A stretch of DNA of 64,000 nucleotides from assembly GCA_030265395.1 (NCBI GenBank), contig JARFYF010000058.1, positions 21,000,021 through 21,064,020 on the forward strand, in the 5' to 3' direction. Of the stretch, positions 10,777 through 24,200 are shown piece after piece. Positions within the stretch are counted from its first letter, which is position 1. Every line of letters starts with the position of its first letter. The translations under genes were made by a program, and so were the position numbers. The notes below the pieces were generated by a model. It was given only the letters and a program-made list of their open reading frames with translations. It did not search any database and was not told where the DNA came from. The DNA is from Rhina ancylostomus. Lineage: Eukaryota.

Positions 10777-11310
10777 CGAGCCGTGACAGTGCTGGAGGCG
10801 TTGCGATGGCAGCCGCAGCGGGTCCCCCCCCCTTCACCCCTGCTGCACCGGGCCCGCTCGTCTCCCCCCTCCCCTCCCCCGGCTGCTCGGCCGCCCGCCC
10901 GCTCTGCCCAGGCCGCGTGCGGCGTAACCTGAGAGCGGAAGCGCGTCACCGAGCCGACCGGCGATGGACGGGGGAGGCAGGCCAATGGGCGGCGGGCGCG
11001 GCCGACCAATTGGGTGGGTGGGCGGTGCCGCCTACTGCTCCGGGGGGCCCAGGAAGCTCCGGGAAGTTGCGCCGCGGGGAGGGAGGGGGGGATCGCCCCC
11101 ACGGTGGGGTGGGTGATGCACCCTCCCCTCCCGGTCATAGACACTCCCGCTGGAGCACGACTGCAAGTTCCGTCCTCGGCATTCTCTCTCCTCCCCCTTC
11201 AGTCAACCAGTGCTGGGCAGAGGTTTGGGATGCAAGATTCCTGGGCTGGGTTTGCACCCAGATCCCGGTGTCCGACCTGCTGCAACGCCCACCCACGTCC
11301 AGGGCGACTA
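10777..11310. promoter_or_regulatory. CpG island, probable ATXN7L3 promoter and first exon
   Basis: Very GC/CpG-rich segment about 1.9 kb upstream of the first coding exon; ETS-type CGGAAG near 10936, CCAAT near 10982 and 11006, GC boxes, X-box-like GTTGCGATGGCAGC at 10800-10813. The left edge is lost in an N gap. Confidence 0.8.
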
Positions 11311-12649
11311 TGAATTGGCATTACAAGCAAATATCTCTGGTGTGTAATGTCCACTTTTCCAAAGCTGGGACAGAAGAGGAATGCTGCAGCTTATCTCACT
11401 AACGTCGCTATATCTTGCAATGAAAAGTATTCGATTCCTATTGCCACTTCTTGAGCTCCACTGAGCTGTTCCCTCAACTCGTCATTGTGTTCCTAATAAC
11501 CCGTTTCCTTGCATCCGACTGAATGGTATTTCTTTTGTGTAACTGAGTGCTGGGAAGTCCTGGCCTTTTAACTAAAAAGGACAATGAAAAGAAACTGCGT
11601 TTAGTTTAAGACATCGTGCTCATAACATGAACAAAGGAAAAGATTATAATCAGTATCGCATGAGGTGGAATAAGACTTCTCTCCCCTTACTGGCAGTAAA
11701 GTGTCAAGGTTTCATTTTTAAATTTTGCCTCTACTTTTCCCGGAATGTTAGTGAAATGATCCGGTTGTTTCACAGGTAAAATGCAAGTCTTGTGCAATAC
11801 GGTCATACTTGCCATAAAGGCAAGGTAGCTTAAATGCACCGTGATTCGAAATTTAACTAGCTAATATAAATAAAATTGAGCTTTTAAAGGTGATCTGCAA
11901 AATATTTTCTTCAATTGCAATAGACCCAAGTTTGTGAGGTGTGAAATTTAGGTAACTATTACAACTGCAATCATGAGATTTCTTGCTGGAAGAGTCCAGT
12001 CACAGATTTATCTGAAGTTAGAATAATTCTTTTAAGAGCAAAGCTATGGCGTAGAATAATTTATACAAGCAACAGATACTTGCACAATTTCATGTACAAC
12101 TACTCTAAAGGCCTAATATCAAACCAGATCTTTGAGGAGAGCCAGGCCAAGCTCCATTTCAGTACCTTGAAACAGATGCAAATTAGAGATCACTAGAGAG
12201 AATGATTTATACTACCCAAATCACAAAGTCAAGCCAGATTGAGACTTTGTGTCATTTTCCAGACGTGTCTTTTAAGCAATTTAGCACATTTCATTTGAAA
12301 GGCCTGTCTGAATAATGCATATTACATGCGTGCTATCATTTGGTATTCAGTCTAAAGGCCTCAGATATAGTGTGAAGAAATAGTGATGAAGTATAAATGA
12401 CTAAGATCCTTTGCTTGGAGTCAGTTTAGCAAAAGTATTTTATGAACCCACTTGAAATGCAGGAGTTTCAAACAGCACTGCTGATCCTTAGATCTAAAAA
12501 TTGTATGTGAATCTAAACTGTGGATAAGAACCTAACAATAACAAATCAGTTGCAGGTAAGGAACAGATGCATGGAAGGGATTTGTAAATCATGAATGGGT
12601 GAAGTACAGATTTTTTGAGAGAAATATTAGAATTTTTAAGAGGGAAACT

Positions 12650-13800
12650 TGAAAACTCTATTTAGATTATCAAAACTTATTCACAGTAGGTTCATGCAAA
12701 CTAGTCACCTGTGATTGGGCTGAACAACAACAGACTGAAAACCAGATAATGAACAATAAAGAAATTATTTTTCAGATCGACTGGGGCCTATGCAAGCACA
12801 AGGACTAGTACTTGGACCTCATTATTTCAGTCTATATTAATTATTTAGATGAAGGGACCGTAAGGTGTACATATTTATTGACAATGCAAACCTAGGTGTG
12901 AAATTAAACCAAGGGAAATGCTAACAGTCTGCAAAGGGATGTGGATAAATTAAGGAAGTTGAAAGAACATAGGTATTATAAACATGGAGAAACTGAAATA
13001 ACCTTTGGTAGGAAAATTAAAGCAAACTCCTTAAGCAGATTCATAGTTATATAGCACAGAACTAGACCCACCTCATCTACAGTGACCAAGATGCCTATAT
13101 AATCTAATCCCATTTGCCTACATTTGGCCCTCATCCTTTTAAACAATTTCCATGTAAAATAAATGTGAAAAAAAATTGATATTAAGAAGGTCATTCGTGG
13201 GCAAGAATCAAAATAAATGCATCAGCACAAGAAATTAAAAGATAATTGGGTTATAAAAAATACTTCAAATTATTCATGACCTTTGCTATAACAAACTACA
13301 CACTGAACAGTCTGTGCCTCCTTTCCTAATGAAAGAGATACCTGCAATAGAGGAATGTCCAACAAGGATACACTGGACTGATCCCTGCCAGGGCTGGATG
13401 GTTCTTAGGGAAAATACCTGCTGTGCACTCCAATCTTTTCTCAGAGTTTAGAAATGGAAGCAAACTCATCGAAACAAAAAAGTTATTGAGCAGCTTGCTA
13501 AAGTTAGGAGGATGTTATCCTGTAGTATGGAATTTAGCACCTGAAAAGTACACCAGAATGAGGTGTATCCTCCAGGACCACAATGAGAAATTCATCAAGA
13601 CTTTGAATCTTTGGGATTTACTACACTAGGCTGCTGTGGCTGTGTGGTAATTGAATATGTTCAAGGGGGAGCAGTACATGTTTGGGCAGAAAATCATGGA
13701 GTGTTGGGAGAGTTTGGCAATGTGGAATTGCATAGCTCTGCTATGATCTTATTGAATGGCAGTACATATGCAAAAGGACCAGTCATGTCCTGCTTCCACT
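12650..13800 (+). mobile_element. Old degenerate CR1-type LINE fragments
   Basis: Remnants of VLGP-like, LQRDVDKL and NLWDLL motifs plus a CR1-like tail. Confidence 0.55.
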
Positions 13801-16800
13801 AATGTTTTTGTTTGTAACAGCTCTTCCTCAAAAGGACAATCCATTTCCAGGAAGAGTAACCTGCTTCACCATTCAATTGCATAGTGAACATTGCTGCAAC
13901 TCCTTAAAGTTGAATATTTCTTAATAAGCAGCTCCAGCCCAACAGGGAAAAAAAACATGCATTCTTGAAATACTCTTATCTAAGCAACCAATGTTCTGGG
14001 AAAAAATAATTCAGACTTCTTATACCCTTCGCTCCTAAAATGCCTTGCTCTAAATTTTAAAGATTTATCCTCGTGCTCTTGCCTCATGAGTGTTTTTAAT
14101 GTTTTTAAACAGCTTTATCAGTTCACTCTCATCTATATTTAAGAACATAAACCACATTTATGCAATCACTCTTGTAATTTAGCACTCTTAAAGCTGAGTG
14201 TTATTAGCATTGTAGGATGATAACCACCTCTTCCATACATCCTGAAATACCACAGTTGAGTGTGTCAATCAGTTCTGGTGGTTTAACTTTCTGCTGTTAT
14301 GAATGTGGAAACAAGATTGGACCAGTATGGGTTTAAACTCCATTTTACATAGACCTCAACCACAAGTTCTGGTTCTTGCCTCTGATGTTAGTGATATCAC
14401 ATTGACAAACTTAACGCTATCATACTGTCTCTAGTCAGGGGATCTTACTAGAAAGCCACACTGATGCCCTGGCAACATGAGNNNNNNNNNNNNNNNNNNN
14501 NNNNNNNNNNNNNNNNNNNNNNNNNNNNNNNNNNNNNNNNNNNNNNNNNNNNNNNNNNNNNNNNNNNNNNNNNNNNNNNNNCACACTGATGCCCTGGCCA
14601 CATGAGGAGTCATTTCCACAACTCCACCCCTCACCCAGGATTAACCGAGCATGATTAGCTGGATATTTCTCATGGTAGAAAAGCTCAATCCTGAATAGAG
14701 GTCCACAACATAGTGAAAGGAAACTACCAAATTCCATCATGCTCAATTATCCCCGACCTCGGGTATACACTGCAATCCCAAAAAGGCCAAATCCTCTTTA
14801 TAAAAAAATTGGTAATGTGTTGCACTAGGGTTACTTATTTCTTGTATTTTTAATTAAATAATTTGCCCACTCTGCTCTTCATTTTTTCCAATTCCATTGC
14901 AAAAGATTGGACAGTCCAAGGACATGAATGCTGTATGAGCATTTACTTAATCATCAACATGAGCATTTTCCTTACTTCCAACTGCATCACATTTTGAACA
15001 GTTACTAATCCATCTTCTCTGCATTGCAAGATTGTACTGACATTGATGTTATTCATCTATGTTTAAAACCTACAAGGATGAACTTTCTTCCTCAGAAAGG
15101 GATCATCTTACTATACTTCAGCAGCAAATACTCAATGGATGGCCATTTTAAGTTTAATAAGCTACCAGATTTGAGCCATTGTATTTGGGTCATGTCTGAT
15201 ATTCTGCTCACAACTGGAGTACATATTTAAGACTGTCCCACAAGTGACTTTGTTATTTACAAAGTGGCTCCTAGATTTCCCACATAAACTATGAACCACA
15301 GTAATGTGGTCCAAATATGGTATGCAATTTCATCTATATAGCAAGAGGTCAGGAAAGCTTTTTACGTTAACTTTAGCATCTCAACTATAGAGCATGACTG
15401 TTCAGCTTTTGTTAAAAAATCATCCACAAGGTGTGGATGTCACCAGCAATGTCATAATTTATTAACCAACCACAATTACTCTAAAGGAAAGCAGTGATTC
15501 AACTGTTTTCTTTAAAAAAAGAATTAAAAGGTTAAATTTAAAATGTGGAATTAAAAGTATTTGAATTGAATCCCATTCAAACATGTCTGTGGATCAATGG
15601 TCCAGAATTGTAACTGCTGTTCTAGCAACTTAACCACTATACCCACCATGCTCTATGTTCTCAAAGCCAGAAGCTGGTTATGGAATGAAAGGAAACACAG
15701 AATTTACAGCATCTCTGACTCTGCCTTTTCAACAATTAGTTCCCAGCAAATATACAATCCATTGAGAACTGGACAATGTGTTTCATTGTGTGCTCACTCC
15801 TCCTAGAAAAGAGTGTGAGTGAGAGTGAGAGTGCGGGTGCGAGCATACACACATTTCACTGCAGTGTTCATGACCCCTTATTTCCAAGGCAAGTTCAAAT
15901 AATTCTATTCACCTAGCAAACAAGTTCTTATTTTTTTTAATGGTTGCTGATAACCACTAGAACAAAAGGAACGCTTTCCCTATAAAATGTTTCAGAAGTT
16001 CCAACATCAAATTACAAGAATCTGCAAATACAAATCAGTGAGGCATTCTCTCTACAAAACAATCTTTAAATATTAGAAAAATTTCCAGAAGGTCACAGAA
16101 GCTAAAAGTAACATGGTACGTATGGGTTACTAGCACAGCTTCACGGGAGTGCAAAAATGCACTCATTTCACCTCTTACAGTACACACGCCCAGTGCTCCC
16201 GGCCTTACTGTAAGAACTAGAAAATAAAATGGAAAGTAAAGCTGCAAAATACAAACAACATTATATACAGATACCATACATCCTCATTCAAACCCTATAT
16301 AAGTACGACAAAGTGCCTCTTTCAGTACCCTTTAAAAAGACGTCCACCCTGCTCTGAAGCTGAGCACAAGCTGAAAAGTATTCGGTCATGATCCGGAGTT
16401 TAAGCAAAGCTGCAGTTGGAGGAAGGCTCAGTTTCATGGTGTTCTTCCACTACCCACTCCACCTCCCCCAATTTTACATTGAACTCTCATAGGTTTATCA
16501 TGAGAACACACGGGAGGACAGGAGGGTCTGTTTTGGTTGCAGNNNNNNNNNNNNNNNNNNNCTCTCCTTTTCCAAGCTGGATCTAGAAAACTTATTCACA
16601 CTTTCTGTATCATGAAGCAACAAGTTTCTTTCCAATCCCCAAATTTGTAATTATTCCTTAATTCTGGTGTGCAAAGAAATCACAAACAAAAGTCTCGCCA
16701 TGTGTTATGCAAAGAAAAGTGCTAAGCTTGTATTTGTGAAAGATACTGCAGTACTGTAGTGTTCCAAACCCAAGTCAGCAATGCAAGTGACCTGACTTCA

Positions 16801-18158
16801 GCTCTGCACTCTCTCTCTTGAAGGACTCCGGGAATAAAACCTTTCAACTCTACAATCAAAAGGAGGATGAAACTGTATTAAAAAAAATTCACAATATGCT
16901 TTGCATTTGGTTTCATGACCAGAGTTAATGTACATTCCATTCAGAAGTGACGAAACAGAATCTGAAAATACAAAGCTATTTGCAGTCTCTCCTGCATCTA
17001 GAACATCAAGATTAACTTCCACCAATATAGTGACGCTTCAATCAAGTCAGATTGACAGACTAAAATGGTACAAAATACTTCAGCCTCTGCAGTTACATCC
17101 TCCATAAGTTAAACACTATAAGGAAAGACTACACATGCAGAAAAATAAAGTAACCAGAAAGTGTGTTGGAAAGATAACAGATTCCTTTGCAATCTTGAAG
17201 GGCACTGAGCAACAGGAGCACATTTCTTCCATCTGCCCTAACATGAATGAGCAATTGCTTTGGTGCAGATTTCTCAATAACTTTGTTCACATTACTAAGA
17301 AGATTCCATTCACAAAATACCAAAACTGAAACCTCCCTTAAAAACATTCCTTTGTATTTACAAACTGCAACATCACAAAATACTCTTCACTGATTCAGAC
17401 TAGCATACTTGTACACAAGCTCTGGCCTGTTCCATTGTCAGATTGATCCCTTGCCCAACAGAAGTACCAGGGAAGCCAACTTTGAGGAAATATTGAATAG
17501 ATGGCTTCAATACTTGCCATATGATCACCCTGATATTTCTGTTCTCCTTAAATCACAAAACAAATTGTACAAGGGACCAGAACTAGAACCAGGTAAATGA
17601 GGCCAAAACCAACTTCACTGTAATATTAAAAAAAATAAAAATTCAAAGCTTTTGTGCCTGGCAATGCAAGTATGAATGACCTGATAAACCAAANNNNNNN
17701 NNNNNNNNNNNNNNNNNNNNNTTACTCTCAACACACAACTACTTTGATCTTGTGTGCCTAAGCTTCTGATCACAAAATTTATTCCAAGCCATACCAGAGA
17801 ATTTGTATGTCAGTTTTTTTAAAAAATGGTCCTGAATGTCACTCATTAGCACACAGATAGAGGGTCATTTCTGAGTAATTTGCAACTGGGATTGTTGAGT
17901 GAAAAACCACTACTAATTCTTTATTTGGTCCATTCTTACTTGCATCACTAGTGGTTTTCAAGGATCTGAAAGCAACTCAGGAAAGCCCAGAAAATTCGTT
18001 CCACGAAACTGACTGGACAATGATGGCTGGATCACATCAGATTTAGTATGTCTGCTTCTGCCACTTGTCTATCAAACAGTGCTGGTAGTGGGCATGAGGG
18101 CTCATCTTTTGGCCCCTGATAGTTTCCAGTACTGCCTGGAAGATCAAAGCAGAACACT

Positions 18159-18257
18159 TCAGTCGGAGTCTGAGTCGGAGGACTCTTCAGATGAAGAGCT
18201 GCTGCTGCTGTCGGACTGATTTTCATCTTCTTCTTCATCCTCATCTTCATCTGCATT
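18159..18257 (-). CDS. UBTF: UBTF last coding exon ([32 protein letters not shown])
   Basis: cctag| acceptor; 99 nt to TGA; SDSDSD end typical of UBF. Confidence 0.96.
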   Translation of the reverse strand, partial: NADEDEDEEEDENQSDSSSSSSSEESSDSDSD

Positions 18258-21200
18258 CTAGGAAATAAGCATAGAAAATGTTCAGCAAGCAATGGTTTGC
18301 TAGTAGACTTTCTATTAAAGTTAAACATTAATGGGACTGAGGGTGGAAGAGTGAAGGGAAATCATATGCAAGGGGGCTAACCAGTAAACAAATTACTGCA
18401 ATTTCTAGCTTAAATAGAAGCTCATGTGTGAGAACAATGGATTGCAAGTCCTTTGTTATTATAGAATGATCTAAAGGTACAAATCACAAGGTTTGTAAAC
18501 CAGTTAGTGGAAATGAAAAATTAACTTAAGCATCACAATCAGCCACAATGGCTTTCCAACATTCCAACCATTTGCTCCATAATCATTCTTCAAAACAGCT
18601 AAGCTGTTGAAAAGTTTAATTCCCTTCACCAGCAGCCACAACTCTAACAGCTACTTCCCTTCAGCCACTGTTCTTGAACCAACCTTCACAACGCTAATCA
18701 CTACCTCAGTAGAGCAACACTGACCAACCTGCATTACAATGGACTTTTTGTTTTGTGCTCTTTGTAAAAATTGTGTACAATTGATGTTTAATTTAGGTTT
18801 TTTTTATTGTGAATGTGTATTTGATGCTGTGCCTGTGATGCTGCAAGCAAATTCTTCATTGCACTTGTGCATACATGTACTTGCACGTGACAATAAACTC
18901 AACAATAGCCACCAAGAAACACACTGGATAAATGGGATAACTTTAGCACTTGGAGCACGACTTTGGGAGTTGGATTTTGCACTCTTCTTCCAAAGCTTAA
19001 AACTGAGGCCTCCATGAGATTTTATCCTGCATTTCTGGATCTTTCTCCAGGACTCAATTNNNNNNNNNNAATTTCTGTGACTGAGGTCATGCTTCCCTAT
19101 TGATTTGCTGTAATACCAGTGGTTGCATCTTTAGCCATGTACTTCATATTCCCGTGACTCCCCCCTCCCTCGGTTTTAAACCAATTTGAGGAGTATCCTT
19201 ACAAATCAGCAGCGAGGGACTTTAATACCAGGTGCTGGCTGCATTCAAACTCACTATACTGAGATGAAGGGAGCATTCTCAATCCATCGAACCTAAGAGC
19301 ACACTTCAAAAGGATCATTTTACCTCATCTGCGTCATCCTCCTCTTCACTCTCTTCATCACTGTCTGAACCTGAGGAATCATCAGAATCTGAAGAGTTGG
19401 CCTTTTCTTCCTCATCATCATCATCCTCGTCATCATCCTCATCCTCCTCCTCCTCATCAGAATCCTCCGTTTCCTGCATCAACCATTAATAGCTCAGAAT
19501 ACACACATACTTCAGGTTAATCCTTTAACCCTCATGCTGCACATTTTCAGACTTTAAAGACGAAAGATCACATGTTTAAAAGCGTAATGTTAGTTTGTTT
19601 AGTGGAAAAATACATGCTCAATGAAGAAATATTTCCAAGTAAATAAGCAAAAAATTTTTGCTGAGCTGTAAATGTTTCACCAAATCATAAGACGAACTAA
19701 CACTAATGTTGTGAAGCCAGGCAAACCTATATCAATTTTACTTCATTAGATAGCATTGCAAAAAAGGAATGCTGGTTCACTCTGCCCATCTATAGTATAG
19801 CCCAGGTATGGACAGGCTAACTTAAGGACCAGTTTTGTTATCCCAGTTAATTCAATGATATGCAGCAACTTAGACATTTTCTTGTCCAATTCGGCAAGCG
19901 CAACAGAGTTGAACCATCAAGAAAGGGGAACAGAATTCTGGAATTGACAACCATTTTTGAATTAGAGTTGGGGAATGGAGGTTTAAGCAAATGATTGAGA
20001 TGAGTTATTGCCACAATTCAGTTGGGCAGTATCTGTTCAGTGATGTTTCCCAGGGTGTTGTACCAGGTCCCAGCTTTTCAGCGCACCATAAAGTTGACAC
20101 TACATTATGCAGCATCAATTGACTAGATAAGATCAGGAGGGTACAAATAAGTTATCGGATTAAATGAGTTGGCAAACAGTGTAATTTAGGGCTCAACACG
20201 TGAAAGCATGAGATCATACAAAATGGATTTAAGATGGACTGAGCACTTAAAGAGAAAAAGAATTTAGATGTCTAGGTTAAAATACCTATAAATCTAATGT
20301 ACAGATGACAAACAAAGGCTAATAAAGGTCATGTCTTTTACTCAATGGGTTTGGAACTTTTCAATTGTGATTGATTTAGGAGAAATCCTCATACAGACTC
20401 CATATGAAGTATTCCATTTAAGTTTGATCACAGCACCTTCGGATGAAGAATGCTGGCCTTACAGTACAAAATGATACCAATACTTAAAGGCTTCAATTTC
20501 AAATGGCATTATAAATCATTTTCTTACCCACCCACCCCCTCCCCTTTGGAAGGCAAGCTGATTGGGGAGGTGGGGCAGTGGTTGTTGTTTAATGGAGGTT
20601 TTTTAAAAATTCTAGAGATATGGTAGATAGAAAGAAGTTAGTTTTCCCAACAAGGCCTCAGATCAAGCATGCACAACTTTAACATTTCAAACCAGGCTGT
20701 TCAGAGTGATATCAGGAACATTTGCCTGCATAAACATTCAGAATTTTCTCTGCAAAACATTTGACATTTTCAGCATGAAGATCAACTGATTTGCTTTAGT
20801 GACATCAGGCTATGAATCTGAAGTCAGTAAATGGAGCCGAAATAAATGACAATGTAACTGAGTGGTCTAATTAGGATTGAGAAGCAGTTAAGTCAATTTG
20901 AGAGTTTATTCAGTAGCAGCAGAGGACAAATGGATTGGATTAGGTGGACAACATAGTTGAGAAGTTTTCTAATGGTAAACTTGATAACTTGAAGGTGGAG
21001 ACCAGGTTATTGTTATTCCAATGGCATTATAACAGATTCCATTTTAAGCCTCTTGTTACACAAACACCAAGGTATCTATAGAAGCTACTGCATAAACTGG
21101 AAACATTCTAACTTTAGACATTAACCTATACAACCTGACACCAACGATCTTGCACATTACTTGTCAACATGAAGCTTGCAATCAATCAGGGTTATAGAGT

Positions 21201-24200
21201 CAGAGTAATACAGCATGGAAACAGGCCCCGAGGCCCAACTCGACCATGCTAACCATGGTGCCCACCAAATTGGTCCCATTTGTCAATGTTTGGCCCATAC
21301 CCCTCTAAGCCTTTGTCCATATACTTATCCACAAGTGTTTTGATTGTTATTGTATCTACCTCAACCACTTTCTCTGGCAGCTTATTCCATATAGGCATCA
21401 CCCTGTGTGAGGTTGTCCTTCAGGTCCCTCTTAAATATTTCCCCTCTCACCTTAAATCTACACCCTCTATTTTTTAATTCCCCTTCCATGGGAAAAAGAC
21501 ACTGTGCATTCACCCTATGTCCTTCATGTTTTTTTTTATATACATCTCCACAAGGTCACTGTTACAAGGTTACAATCTCCTACTGTCCAAGTAATAAACT
21601 TCTAACCTGCCAAACTCTCTAACTCAGGCCCTCAAGTCCTAACTGAATGCTCATAAATCTTGTCTGTGCTCTTTCCAGTTTAAATGTCTTTCCTCTAACA
21701 GGGCATCCAAAAATGTACACAATACTCCAAGTACTGTCTCACCAACGTCTTGTACAATTGCAACATAACATCCCAAGTCCTATACTCGATGCCAAGAGAT
21801 GAAAGTCAGTGTGCTAAACGTCATTTTCACCCCCCATCGACCTGCGACACCTCTTTCAGCAAATTATGTACTTACACTCCTGGGTCCCTCTATTCCACAA
21901 CATTCCCCAGGGCCCACCATTCACTGTACAAGTCCCACCATGGTTTGACTTACCAAAGTGCAACACCAAACACTTACCCAAATTGAAAGCCATTTGCCAA
22001 CCTTCAGCCCACTCACCCAGCTGATCAAGTACCCCTGTAATTTTTGATAACCTTCTTCACTATCTAAACAACCCAAACTTACTAACCATGCCTTATATAT
22101 GTACATCAAAATCATTTACAAGTAATGAACAACCTGCACCAATCCCTGTGGAACACCACTAGTTACAGGCCTCCAGTCCGAGAAACAGCCTTAGACCACT
22201 CTCTGCTTCCTATCATTGAGCCAATTACAGATCCAATTAGCCATCTCTCCCTAGATCCCATGCCATCTAACCTTCCAGACTAGCCTGCCATGTGGGACCT
22301 TGTCAAAGGCCTTGCTGAAGTCTATTTGGACAACGTCCAGTGCCCTACTCTCATCTATTCTCTGTTACCTCTTCAAAAAAAAATCAAACAACGTCCAGTG
22401 CCCTACTCTCATTCATTCTCCCTGTTAGCTCTTAAAAAAATCAAAGATTTCCCAAGCACGATTTCCCATGCACAAGCTGTACTGACTGTTCCTAATTAGA
22501 CCTCATCCATCCAAACATTGATCCTGAGACTCTAATTCCCTCCAGTAACTTACCCACCACTGATGTCACTCACCGGCCTGCAGCTCCCTGGCTCGTCTCT
22601 GATGCCCTTCTTAAATAATGGTACAACATTAGCCACCCTTCAGTCTTCCGGAACTTCACCTGTGACTAAAGATGAAGCAAATATCTCTGCAAGGGGCTCC
22701 ATAGTTTCTTCCCTAGCTTCCCACAAGGTCAGAGGATGCACTCGGTCAGGCCCTGGGGTTTTATCCACCTTAATGTACTTTCAGGCTGCCAATACCTCCT
22801 CCCTTGTAATTCATGTGGTCCAAGACATCACTCACTTATTTAGCATCCATCATTTTATCCACAGTAAAAACTGATGAAAAGTATTTAATAAAAATCTCAC
22901 CATCTCCTGTGCCTCCACACACAGATGGCCATGCTGATCTTTAAAGGGACTTATTGTCTCCCTAGCCACACTTTTACTCTTATTGTACATGTAGAATCTC
23001 TTGGGAATTTTCTTAATCCTTAAGGATTTCCCTTAAAAAGGTTATTCTATTTGCTGCTAATATGGGAGTGCACACCAATACAAGATAACATGCTGTTTCA
23101 GTGACCTCTCCACACAGTAATCCCCATCCAAGTCTATCAACAATGAACTCAGTTCATTTAATATTGAACAAGAATGCAGAAAACTGCAAAATACTTTGTA
23201 CATTTTGCTTACGGTAACCCCAATATTCATTATCACAGCTTTACGAAACCTTCAGTTAGTACAGCAAACAAAGCTCATACTTCAGAGCTTGGGTTTCCTA
23301 TCAGTATGGTTAGCAATATGCTGTGCTTTATCAAATCCCAATAATAATAACTAGGCCATTATGTAAACTCAAAATTCTACAGATACTTACACTTGCATTC
23401 TGTGCTGGTATTGAGACTTTCATTTTGGGATTTGGACTGGATACTTTTGCAGAACCTTTGCGTTTCTGTCAATGACGTTAAAAGTTCAGACATCATTAAA
23501 AGAATCAACAATCAGTGTTAATTGATTAATTTCCATCTACTCACCCCAATCTAATGACCATAAATATCAATGGAAGCAACTCAAACCCAAGCCTCCATCC
23601 TCTCAGTGTTCAGACTTAAAGACTAGGTAGCTCAGCAATTTCCTTGTGATTAGAACACATTAGTTCACAGACCACAAATGCTTGTGCCAGTTCACAAGGA
23701 CAAGCCAGCAGTAAACGACGACAGAAAAAAAGAATTTTTCTGCAACAAACTTTTTAAAAATTAAAGCATTTTAAAATGAAGTTTACAAAAACAGGATTTA
23801 TCACTTACATTTGAAGTGTATTCCTTGTATGCAGCTCTCTCTTGGGGGGATATGCTCTAAGGAAATAAAACAATGTCCAGAATCAGATATTGCTCCTGCT
23901 TTCTGAAAGCTGCTTTAAAGCCCACAATGCCAGACTCTGCTTTAAGATGCATCACATTCCATTAAATATCATATAATGTGAATCAGCAAGTCCAGCCAGG
24001 AACCACCTGATTATTGGTTAAATTTTACAAGGCAGAGCAAGGGAGGAGGAGCAGTCAAAACTATTCCTGTTTCAGTTCAACTATTAAAGTTCATTTCAAC
24101 AAAATTTGTTTTTCCTATTTCCGCAGCTCAAAGTCTATGGAAATCAGAGTAAAAACAGGTTAGAAACTTCAGCTGATGGAAACAACACTTGAAAAAGGCA

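Noticed and set aside
9958-11402. Long ORFs of 247-408 aa across the CpG island
   Set aside because: They span a 288-N gap and GC-rich low-complexity DNA that lacks stop codons by composition; no recognisable domain.
14457-14606. Direct repeat cacactgatgccctggc(a/c)acatgag on both sides of a 100-N gap
   Set aside because: The same sequence flanks the gap with one internal difference, typical of an unresolved heterozygous site or contig overlap rather than a target-site duplication.
18032-18328. 98-aa ORF overlapping the last UBTF exon in another frame
   Set aside because: Shadow frame of the acidic GAT/GAA codon repeats that starts in the intron; no independent support.
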